Shown: positions 31,578 through 38,721 of the stretch, one piece after another | Numbering within the stretch: position 1 is the first letter of the stretch | Layout of the letters: each line of letters starts with the position of its first letter | Origin: Bryobacterales bacterium KBS 96 | Lineage (GTDB): Bacteria > Acidobacteriota > Terriglobia > Bryobacterales > Bryobacteraceae | Length of the DNA: 64,000 nucleotides | Direction of reading: 5' to 3' | Assembly (NCBI GenBank): GCA_000381625.1 | Contig: KB906767.1 | Coordinates: 659,071-723,070, forward strand | Translations under genes and position numbers: made by a program | The notes under the pieces: generated by a model | Told to the model about the DNA's origin: nothing | The model's input: only the letters and a program-made list of their open reading frames with translations | The model's database searches: none

Positions 31578-32423
31578 TCAGCCTTTTTCGTTCATTCCGG
31601 ATTCACTGACGGGATTCGCTGCCGGGCCAGGCGCCTCGACCGTGGAAGCCGGCGCGCCGCCTCCCACGAATTTGAGGCCCATAGCTCCCAACAGATCGAT
31701 CGGCAGCGGGAACACCACGGTAGTGTTTTTCTCGGCGCCTATTTCTACCAGCGTCTGGAGATATCGTAGCGTGATGGCAACCGGCTCACGGTTTATAACC
31801 GCAGCCGCTTCGGCCAGTTTGGCAGAGGCCTGGAACTCGCCGGTGGCCGCGATAATTTTGGCTCGGCGCTCTCGCTCGGCTTCGGCCTGCGCGGCAATCG
31901 CCCGCTGCATCTCTTGCGGCAGATCCACCTGCTTCACGTTGACACCGGTCACCTTAATGCCCCAAGGCTCGGTATGCTCGTCGAGGATGACCTGAAGCTT
32001 AGTATTCAACGTCTCCCGCTGCGAAAGCAAGTCATCCAAATCCACCTCTCCCAATACGGTGCGAAGACCGGTCTGAGCCGCCTGTTCCACGGCATAACGA
32101 TAGTTTTCGACCTCGACAACAGCCTGGGTTGCATTGACGACCCGAAAATAAACAACCGCATTCACCTTCAGCGAAACATTGTCGCGCGTGATAATATCTT
32201 GCGGCGGAACTTCCCAGGTTATGACCCGCAGCGATACCTGCACGATTTTGTCGATTGGCCAGAGAATGAGGACAATTCCCGGACCTTTCGCGTTCTTGAG
32301 CACGCGTCCCAGGCGAAACACAACGGCCCTGTCGTACTCACGTACAATGTTCAGGCATTTCAAAATCCAGACCAGGATGATAAAGATGATGAACAGAAGC
32401 GGCAAACTTAAATTGGCGGACAT
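31578..32423 (-). CDS. SPFH/band-7 (stomatin-like) protein
   Basis: N-terminal TM helix, an SPFH domain and a Glu/Ala-rich coiled-coil. Confidence 0.8.
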   Translation of the reverse strand: MSANLSLPLLFIIFIILVWILKCLNIVREYDRAVVFRLGRVLKNAKGPGIVLILWPIDKIVQVSLRVITWEVPPQDIITRDNVSLKVNAVVYFRVVNATQAVVEVENYRYAVEQAAQTGLRTVLGEVDLDDLLSQRETLNTKLQVILDEHTEPWGIKVTGVNVKQVDLPQEMQRAIAAQAEAERERRAKIIAATGEFQASAKLAEAAAVINREPVAITLRYLQTLVEIGAEKNTTVVFPLPIDLLGAMGLKFVGGGAPASTVEAPGPAANPVSESGMNEKG

Positions 32424-32557
32424 ACCGGTTTCCTCGTAAGATCCAGCGTGATGGTCGCTTACGTCTCCCGGCTCAGTCTCATGATTTAACCATCGAAAGA
32501 GACGCGTTCGTTTCCACTAGCCGGAGTCTATCTGGCCGAGTTTAGCACCGGCGCGGT

Positions 32558-33169
32558 TTACGCGTTCCGCATCCGGCGCTCTGCTTCGTGCACTTTCTCA
32601 GAGCCCGGCGCATGCGCGGATAGAGCTATCGATCGAATCCACATGCCCACAATCATTCCTAGCATCATGCCTCCGAGCATGGTGAAATGCCGGCTCATAG
32701 CCGCCCAGTCACTATGCACAATTTCGACGTGAACAGCGGCCCACATACCGCCAAGCATCGCGGAGGAATCGATCAGCAGGGCCCATAATAAGTAGCCGTT
32801 GCGGCGGGCAGTGCGCAGGCAGCGGCTGAATGCAATCGCGGGCACGAGCCCCAAAGCGAACATCCACGCGCACATCCGCCACCAGGCAACAATATGCGCT
32901 ACGTGACCCGCATGCCCCGGCATTGTCATTCCTAATTGCATTCCTAATCCGCCGGAAGCGAACATGATGAGCAGCATGTCAACGTGAGAATTAAGATGGA
33001 GCCGCGATCGCCAAAAATAGATGATCAGCAGCATGATACAAATTGTGCCAGTAAGATACTGCGCTAGCTGCATCGGAGACAGGGAGGCATCCGCCGCGAG
33101 CAGCAGCGCCTGCAGGAACACCGCGAGGCCTAACCACCACCCCAGTAATTGGCCGGCCCAGCGCATCAC
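32558..33169 (-). CDS. Uncharacterised 6-TM Met/His-rich membrane protein coupled to the Cu-ATPase (putative copper-handling/cbb3 assembly factor)
   Basis: Six predicted TM helices, a loop motif MTMPGHAGHVAH, and a start (GTG/ATG at 33169/33166) overlapping the stop of the upstream P1B ATPase. Confidence 0.6.
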   Translation of the reverse strand: MMRWAGQLLGWWLGLAVFLQALLLAADASLSPMQLAQYLTGTICIMLLIIYFWRSRLHLNSHVDMLLIMFASGGLGMQLGMTMPGHAGHVAHIVAWWRMCAWMFALGLVPAIAFSRCLRTARRNGYLLWALLIDSSAMLGGMWAAVHVEIVHSDWAAMSRHFTMLGGMMLGMIVGMWIRSIALSAHAPGSEKVHEAERRMRNA

Positions 33170-35091
33170 GCGCCGTCGCTTTCAAGAAGTTGAAGCGAGC
33201 GAAATGTCACAACGCAGCTTGATGTCGTCATCAGCAGAGCGGCTACAACCGGATGGATGAATCCGGCTGCGGCAACTGCGATGCCGGCGACGTTATAGCA
33301 AAGCGCGAAGATCAAATTCGAACGGATGAGCTTGACTGTCTGGCGGCTCAGGGAGATGGCTTTCGGCAAAAAAGAAAGATCGGGCAGCGGCCATTCGATA
33401 TCCGCAACTTCCCTCGTTAAGCTTTCGCGGCCAACTGCAATCGAGATATCGCTCTCGGCCATAGCCGCCGCGTCGTTGATGCCATCTCCGACAAATAGAA
33501 CGGTCTCGCCGTTTCGCTTCTTCTCCCGCACAACGGTAAGCTTCTGCTCCGGGGTCATTCGGGAAAGCAACTCGGGCAATGGCAAATTCGCCGCCCTCGA
33601 TGGACAGTCGCCAGTAATGAGAATGCTACGAATGCCAATCGTTTCAAGCTTGTGAATCGTGTCGGCAACAAGCGGCCGCTGCGTTTCACGAAGCAGAACC
33701 GAAGCGGCCCGCTTGCCATCAATCTCGACCGTAAGACAATGGGCGGCACTGTCAAAAAGATCGCCGGCCTTGATAATACGCACGGTGTGGCGGGCGCCCA
33801 CCGCGGATTCGACCTCCGCCAGTATCCCGAGTCCCGGCTCAACGAGCACGGAACTGGCCGCAAAAGCGCTCGCTCCGGAAAGAGAACGTAGCGCTTTCGC
33901 AATGGGATGCTCCACCGCGCTCTCGGCGGCCGAGATCAGCTCTTCAACAAAAGTGCGGCGGTCACGCCATTCGGGCTCAAGTTGCAGCTCCGGCGTCGCA
34001 TCCGGCAGCGTCAAAGTGCCGGTCTTATCGAAAGCGATAGAATCCACCGAGGCCAATGTTTCTATCGTCTTCCCCGACCTTACAACCATTCCAAATGCAT
34101 TCAACCGGCGCATCGCGGTCCAGATGGCGACCGGCGTTGCAAATCCCAGGGCGCAAGGACAGGCAATCAAGAGTACGGCCATTGCGTTAAACAAACCCAT
34201 CATCCAGCCATGAAGAAGTGCGTGAAAGGCGAATGTCGCCATGGCCGAGGCAGAAACAAAGGGCACAAACCACTGCATAATGTGGTTGGCGGCGAGTTGA
34301 GATTCACCGGGCTGCAAAGCCGCTTCCTGCAAAACAGCTGAAATACGATCGAGGCAGCGTGACGCCCCGTCGGCTTCCGCTTCAATAATCAGCGTTGAAT
34401 CGACAACATGAGTCCCCGCGAGGACATGATCGCCCACGCGGCGGGAAGCGGCGAACGCTTCACCGCTCATACTCGCTTCGTGTACAAAGGATTCCCCTTC
34501 GCAAACAAATCCATCCACCGGAATCATCGCTCCCGGATGCACGCGAACACGCTCGCCCGGCTGAACTTGAGCGACTTGCGTCTCCCGGCTAATTCCCCCT
34601 GCTTCGACCACTTCGCAGGTAAGTCTCAAAGGATCCCAACGGCCGAGCGCCTGAAGAACTTTCTCCTGACCATAGCGGCCCAGTTCTTTTCCAAGAGCAT
34701 ACACAACGAACAAGATGCTCACCACTTCGAAGAACACGGGGCCTTCGCCAGTGATGTACGAAATAAGCGACGCCAGAAACGCCCCCACGCTGCTCAATAG
34801 AAATAAGCTCTCGATGGTGAGGCGGCGAGCGCGCCATTCCCGCCAGACGCCACTCATCATCGGGCCGCCAAGGAGTACACCCACGATGAGACACACACAA
34901 AGGGGAATGCCTTGCAAGATAAGGCGCTGTTCGCGGTCGACTTCGGACAGATTGGCCGCAAGCGCAACGGTCATACTATTGAAGGCAAGAAACGCTCCAA
35001 TCGCAATCCGCCACCACACACCGTTGCCGGATGGAGAGGCAGAACTTGTGCCGCAGCAACCGGATGTGAGCGTGGTCGAAGCCGTGCTCAT
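33166..35091 (-). CDS. ccoI: Heavy-metal (Cu) P1B-type ATPase, CcoI/FixI-like, without N-terminal HMA domain
   Basis: CPC in TM6, DKTGTLT, HP motif (SAVEHPIAKAL), and GDGINDAAAM. Start at the ATG at 35091, which forms an ATGA overlap with the cytochrome c stop. The N-terminus has SGCC but no GMxCxxC. Confidence 0.75.
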   Translation of the reverse strand: MSTASTTLTSGCCGTSSASPSGNGVWWRIAIGAFLAFNSMTVALAANLSEVDREQRLILQGIPLCVCLIVGVLLGGPMMSGVWREWRARRLTIESLFLLSSVGAFLASLISYITGEGPVFFEVVSILFVVYALGKELGRYGQEKVLQALGRWDPLRLTCEVVEAGGISRETQVAQVQPGERVRVHPGAMIPVDGFVCEGESFVHEASMSGEAFAASRRVGDHVLAGTHVVDSTLIIEAEADGASRCLDRISAVLQEAALQPGESQLAANHIMQWFVPFVSASAMATFAFHALLHGWMMGLFNAMAVLLIACPCALGFATPVAIWTAMRRLNAFGMVVRSGKTIETLASVDSIAFDKTGTLTLPDATPELQLEPEWRDRRTFVEELISAAESAVEHPIAKALRSLSGASAFAASSVLVEPGLGILAEVESAVGARHTVRIIKAGDLFDSAAHCLTVEIDGKRAASVLLRETQRPLVADTIHKLETIGIRSILITGDCPSRAANLPLPELLSRMTPEQKLTVVREKKRNGETVLFVGDGINDAAAMAESDISIAVGRESLTREVADIEWPLPDLSFLPKAISLSRQTVKLIRSNLIFALCYNVAGIAVAAAGFIHPVVAALLMTTSSCVVTFRSLQLLESDGA

Positions 35092-35798
35092 GGCTTGGCT
35101 GGTTTCGGCTCCGCCGGCTCTGTCGCCGAAGGAGGAGGCGTTTTTGACGCAATTACAAGTTCTGGCCATGTCCAGGGCTGTGCTCGCTCACCCGTCTGCT
35201 TCCGAATGGCCGCCACCAGGGCTGGATCCACTGGATGGGCGCTATTTGTCCAGGCCTGGCGAACATAGGTCAACACCGCAGCAATCTGTTCATCGCTGAA
35301 TCGATCCCAACTGGGCATTTGGCCGTTATACGTTGCGCCTTCTATAGTAATGTCCCCTTGCAAGCCGTGGAGCAAAATGCGGACGGGCGTGGCCGGGTCG
35401 CCAAGCACTACAGGCGATCCTTCTAGCGGCGGGTAAGTGCCGGGAATCCCCTTCCCCGTGTCCTGATGACATTGCATACACACGTTGAACGTTTGACGTC
35501 CTAGCACCAGCGGATCGGCCGGGGCGGGCTTTTCCAGAGAGGGTGCGGCGCCCGCGATGTAATGCTCATTGTAGATGTCGGCGCGAAAACCCCCGGCGTT
35601 CCGCGCGATGTAATATCCGCTCCATCCGGCAAGCACAAAGAAGAAGAGCAGCAGCCAAACCGGAGTCGGCGCAATGCCGTCCGTCGGCTCCGACATCTCG
35701 CGCATGGTGGGCGCAACCAACGCAGCGGGGTCGGGTTCTGCCTCGACACGATATTTTTGAGGCGGCGAATCGCCGGGCCCTATTATCCGATCGCTCAC
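35088..35798 (-). CDS. Membrane-anchored monoheme cytochrome c (CcoP-like third subunit)
   Basis: N-terminal TM helix and a single CMQCH heme site; its GTG start overlaps the ccoO stop. Confidence 0.65.
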   Translation of the reverse strand: MSDRIIGPGDSPPQKYRVEAEPDPAALVAPTMREMSEPTDGIAPTPVWLLLFFFVLAGWSGYYIARNAGGFRADIYNEHYIAGAAPSLEKPAPADPLVLGRQTFNVCMQCHQDTGKGIPGTYPPLEGSPVVLGDPATPVRILLHGLQGDITIEGATYNGQMPSWDRFSDEQIAAVLTYVRQAWTNSAHPVDPALVAAIRKQTGERAQPWTWPELVIASKTPPPSATEPAEPKPAKP

Positions 35799-36409
35799 TG
35801 GTGCGCCTCAGGCAGATCGTAGCTATGATTGAGACTCATCAGAAAATCCACCAGATCTTGAGCTCGCCCCGATGGGACCAGATAGGACGCTTTCTTGGTG
35901 GGGGAGGCATTGGCAGTCAGATCGACCGACCCCACCGGAGCCGGTCCGCCCTTATCCACCACTTTGAACAAAAAATGGAACGGCGGCATGATAGAACCCG
36001 GCGAAGTGATCTGCGGATTGAACAGATGCAGGTATTGCCATTCCCGGCTTGGCTGGCGGGCGCCGATATTTTCCAGGTCCGGTCCGGTGCGCATCGTGCC
36101 CATTAAATGCGGCCTGTCGAAAATATAGTCCCGAGCCACCGATCTCCGCGTTCCCCAGCCTCGCTGAATATCCGCTCCAAAATCGGCGGACCGTACTTGT
36201 TGGCTATGGCAGTAAAGGCAGCCCTCCGAAATGTACACTTCGCGCCCGAGTAACACGGAACCCGCGGGTGGAGTTGGATGCGAGATGCCGTTCTGATCGA
36301 CAACGGGCTTCAGTTGCTCGAATTGCCAATTCGGAACGAAGATCAGTCCCATCATCGAAAACAGGATAGTTGCCAGCACGCCGGCAATGAAGGACCACGA
36401 TCTGTTCAT
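35795..36409 (-). CDS. ccoO: cbb3-type cytochrome c oxidase subunit II (monoheme CcoO)
   Basis: TM anchor plus CLYCH and FixO-like sequence. The start is probably the in-frame ATG (MNRSW...) immediately after the ccoN stop; the exact start is within +/-20 nt of uncertain. Confidence 0.75.
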   Translation of the reverse strand: MNRSWSFIAGVLATILFSMMGLIFVPNWQFEQLKPVVDQNGISHPTPPAGSVLLGREVYISEGCLYCHSQQVRSADFGADIQRGWGTRRSVARDYIFDRPHLMGTMRTGPDLENIGARQPSREWQYLHLFNPQITSPGSIMPPFHFLFKVVDKGGPAPVGSVDLTANASPTKKASYLVPSGRAQDLVDFLMSLNHSYDLPEAHQ

Positions 36410-37881
36410 GCTTCCTTCCTCCGCCAACGCATCATTCCTCGCTTGCTTGTAAACAAAGTCGGGCCAATCATCGAAACGTCGCTGCTACGCAAAATGCGAA
36501 AGACCAGAATGGCGAAGGCGATATGCCCGATGGTCATAAAGCTGCCGGAAAGGCTTCGTGCGACTAAGTAGGGTTTCGTATAGTCGACGATCTTAATAAA
36601 AGGGATGAGCGGATTGTTCATCATCTCGCCCTCGTACCAGCCAGCCCAACTCAGGGCGCAGAAATAAGCCAGCACACCTAATGAAGTGGTCCAGAAATGA
36701 ATCTTGATGAGTGGAACCGAACTCCATTCGTTACGAGTCAGGCGTGGCACTATGTAGTACATTGCCCCGAACATCGTCATCGTGTAGAAGGAATACATTC
36801 CGAGATGCGCATGAGCAATCGTGTAGTGCGTAAAATGCGCCACGTGGCTCACTGAGCGCAGCGCTTCGAGCGATCCCTGATAACTCACAGCGGTATACGA
36901 CACGGCCCCAAAAACAACGAAGCGAAGGGTGGGGCTGGTCTTGAGCATGTGGAATTTGCCAATCATCGTCATGTGGTGGTTAATGGCGACGGTAGTAACC
37001 GGGACAAACATCATGATGCTTCCGACGATGCCCAGCGTAATAATCCAGGCCGGCAGCGGTCCGCCTACAAGATGGTGCGTGCCAATCCAACTATAAAAAA
37101 GCGCATTCGCCCAAAACCCGAGAAGGGATAGATGATAACTGTAAATCGGCTTGCCCGTCACCTTCGGGATAAGGTAATAAATGGTCGCCAGACCCATTGG
37201 CGTGACATAAAGACCCAGCACATTGTGCGCGTACCACCAGTTCGTCGTGGCCCAGGCGGCGCCTCCCACCATGCCCGTCGTCGGCAGTAGGATCGCCGCG
37301 CTATACAGAATGGGGAACCAGACGACCGATCCAAACAAATACCATTGCGAGACGTAGGTGTGGTGCACATGGCGCTGATTGAACATTTTCAGCGAGACCC
37401 AGAACAGCACCAGCAAAACGAAGCCGAAGATGCCGAGAACTTGCGGCGGAAATTCCAGCCATTCAACCCCGGTCGAATGCCCCGCGAGCACTTCATATAC
37501 GCCCCAGACCACCCCGGCATTCCAAATAATTACCGTCGCTGGGAGCAGCGCCCGATGGGGCAATCGAACCTTGCAAAGCCGCGCTTCGAGCCACAGCGTC
37601 GTTCCGATTCCCACCATCGACGACCATCCGTAGACGACTGTGTTCAAATGCACCGGGCGGATACGGCCGAATGTAATCCACTCGTAATTGCCGAGAAACT
37701 CCGGGTGGTGCATTTTCACGGAGGTAATCAATGCGGCAAGGCTACCGATGAGAAGCCAGGCTACCGCGCTCGCATAATAGCCGAGCACTGTTTGGCGGCA
37801 AGAACGATCAATTTGAACGCGAGTAACGTAATCGGCTGTTACATCGGGCGCCGCTTCCGGCGAAACCGCGATCGCGCTCAC
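36406..37881 (-). CDS. ccoN: cbb3-type cytochrome c oxidase subunit I (CcoN)
   Basis: Heme-copper oxidase subunit I fold of about 490 aa with 12 or more TM helices and a His-rich core; the GTG start overlaps the ccoS stop (GTGA). Confidence 0.85.
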   Translation of the reverse strand: MSAIAVSPEAAPDVTADYVTRVQIDRSCRQTVLGYYASAVAWLLIGSLAALITSVKMHHPEFLGNYEWITFGRIRPVHLNTVVYGWSSMVGIGTTLWLEARLCKVRLPHRALLPATVIIWNAGVVWGVYEVLAGHSTGVEWLEFPPQVLGIFGFVLLVLFWVSLKMFNQRHVHHTYVSQWYLFGSVVWFPILYSAAILLPTTGMVGGAAWATTNWWYAHNVLGLYVTPMGLATIYYLIPKVTGKPIYSYHLSLLGFWANALFYSWIGTHHLVGGPLPAWIITLGIVGSIMMFVPVTTVAINHHMTMIGKFHMLKTSPTLRFVVFGAVSYTAVSYQGSLEALRSVSHVAHFTHYTIAHAHLGMYSFYTMTMFGAMYYIVPRLTRNEWSSVPLIKIHFWTTSLGVLAYFCALSWAGWYEGEMMNNPLIPFIKIVDYTKPYLVARSLSGSFMTIGHIAFAILVFRILRSSDVSMIGPTLFTSKRGMMRWRRKEA

Positions 37882-38063
37882 GGCCGCGCTCCCGGGAACG
37901 CGTCAGTGGGCCGTCCAACGGGTTCCTCTTCATCGAATATGCTTTCGGCGCCGGCTTTGAAATCCGACATCTCCCCTCGCCGGATCGCCCACACGAGCGC
38001 CCATACGGCGCTTGAACCGAACGCGAGCATACATCCCCAAATCAGCAAATAAGTGAGCTTCAC
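37878..38063 (-). CDS. ccoS: cbb3 oxidase maturation protein CcoS/FixS
   Basis: 61 aa with a single TM helix followed by WAIRRGEMSDFKAGAESIFDEEE (FixS-like W..SGQFDD...DDD), and a GGAGGAG Shine-Dalgarno upstream. Confidence 0.65.
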   Translation of the reverse strand: MKLTYLLIWGCMLAFGSSAVWALVWAIRRGEMSDFKAGAESIFDEEEPVGRPTDAFPGARP

Positions 38064-38197
38064 AGGCCTTCTCCTCCAACAATTCGCGGCAAGACAATCC
38101 CCAAAAATTTCAAATACGCAGTGTTTAATACATCGGCTTCGCTTAGATTGCCGCGCTTATTCGTTTTGTGTACTCGAACGGCTTTCCCGGCGGCGCC

Positions 38198-38368
38198 CTA
38201 TGCGTTCTCCGCCTTTTCATCATCCAGAAGGCGATTGTCTCGGAATATCCATGCCGGTGGATCGCTAGCGGGGAACGAGTGGTCCGAAGCGATGTCGACA
38301 CAGTCGGGTTCTGTAAGGTACTTCTCCTCCGGATCGATTGCTTGCGCGAGACCTTGCTGCCGTGTCAT
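38198..38368 (-). CDS. Small acidic hypothetical protein (56 aa), below the ORF-track size cutoff
   Basis: Product MTRQQGLAQAIDPEEKYLTEPDCVDIASDHSFPASDPPAWIFRDNRLLDDEKAENA. It has an AGGA Shine-Dalgarno 7 nt upstream and a perfect TATAAT about 45 nt upstream on the same strand. Confidence 0.3.
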   Translation of the reverse strand: MTRQQGLAQAIDPEEKYLTEPDCVDIASDHSFPASDPPAWIFRDNRLLDDEKAENA

Positions 38369-38411
38369 TCGATTTTCCTGCCGATCGTTCCGGGCGTGTT
38401 ACCGATGTTGG

Positions 38412-38417
38412 ATTATA
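38412..38417 (-). promoter_or_regulatory. Consensus -10 hexamer TATAAT (minus strand)
   Basis: Plus-strand ATTATA at 38412-38417. It is rare in this GC-rich context and sits upstream of the small ORF and the cco locus. Confidence 0.3.
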
Positions 38418-38519
38418 GCGAAACAATTACCGCTCCGCCATCGGTGCTCTAGCCACCCGCCGCCGGGAACTTTCTTCCGTTGCATTGCTTTGAGCGTACA
38501 GCACGCCACGTCCGGACGC

Positions 38520-38535
38520 TGTGACTTTGGTCACA
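38520..38535. promoter_or_regulatory. CRP/FNR-family consensus palindrome TGTGA-N6-TCACA
   Basis: TGTGACTTTGGTCACA read directly; about 150 nt upstream of the small ORF and about 460 nt upstream of ccoS. Confidence 0.45.
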
Positions 38536-38721
38536 AGTTCCAGAAGCAGCAGTGACAGACGTTTCCGACTCCTGGAGTCACCGATGGTGGTGCGGACACT
38601 CGTGCTGCCGTGCCGGGAATCGTCCCGGCGCCCGGCCTCTCGTGTACAAGCTCGTCGAGACGAGTCTCGACGCTACAGCCTGAGAGGCCGCTCCACGATG
38701 ACCCGATTTCCGAAGAAGGAT

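Noticed and set aside
35088-35169. Apparent 82-nt overlap between the cytochrome c and Cu-ATPase ORFs
   Set aside because: It is resolved by starting the ATPase at the internal ATG at 35091, which forms an ATGA junction with the cytochrome stop.
38653-38672. 20-nt perfect palindrome CGTCGAGACGAGTCTCGACG downstream of the ADOP permease stop
   Set aside because: It could be a terminator stem but has no U-tract on either strand. In a GC-rich genome such palindromes occur often, so its function is left open.
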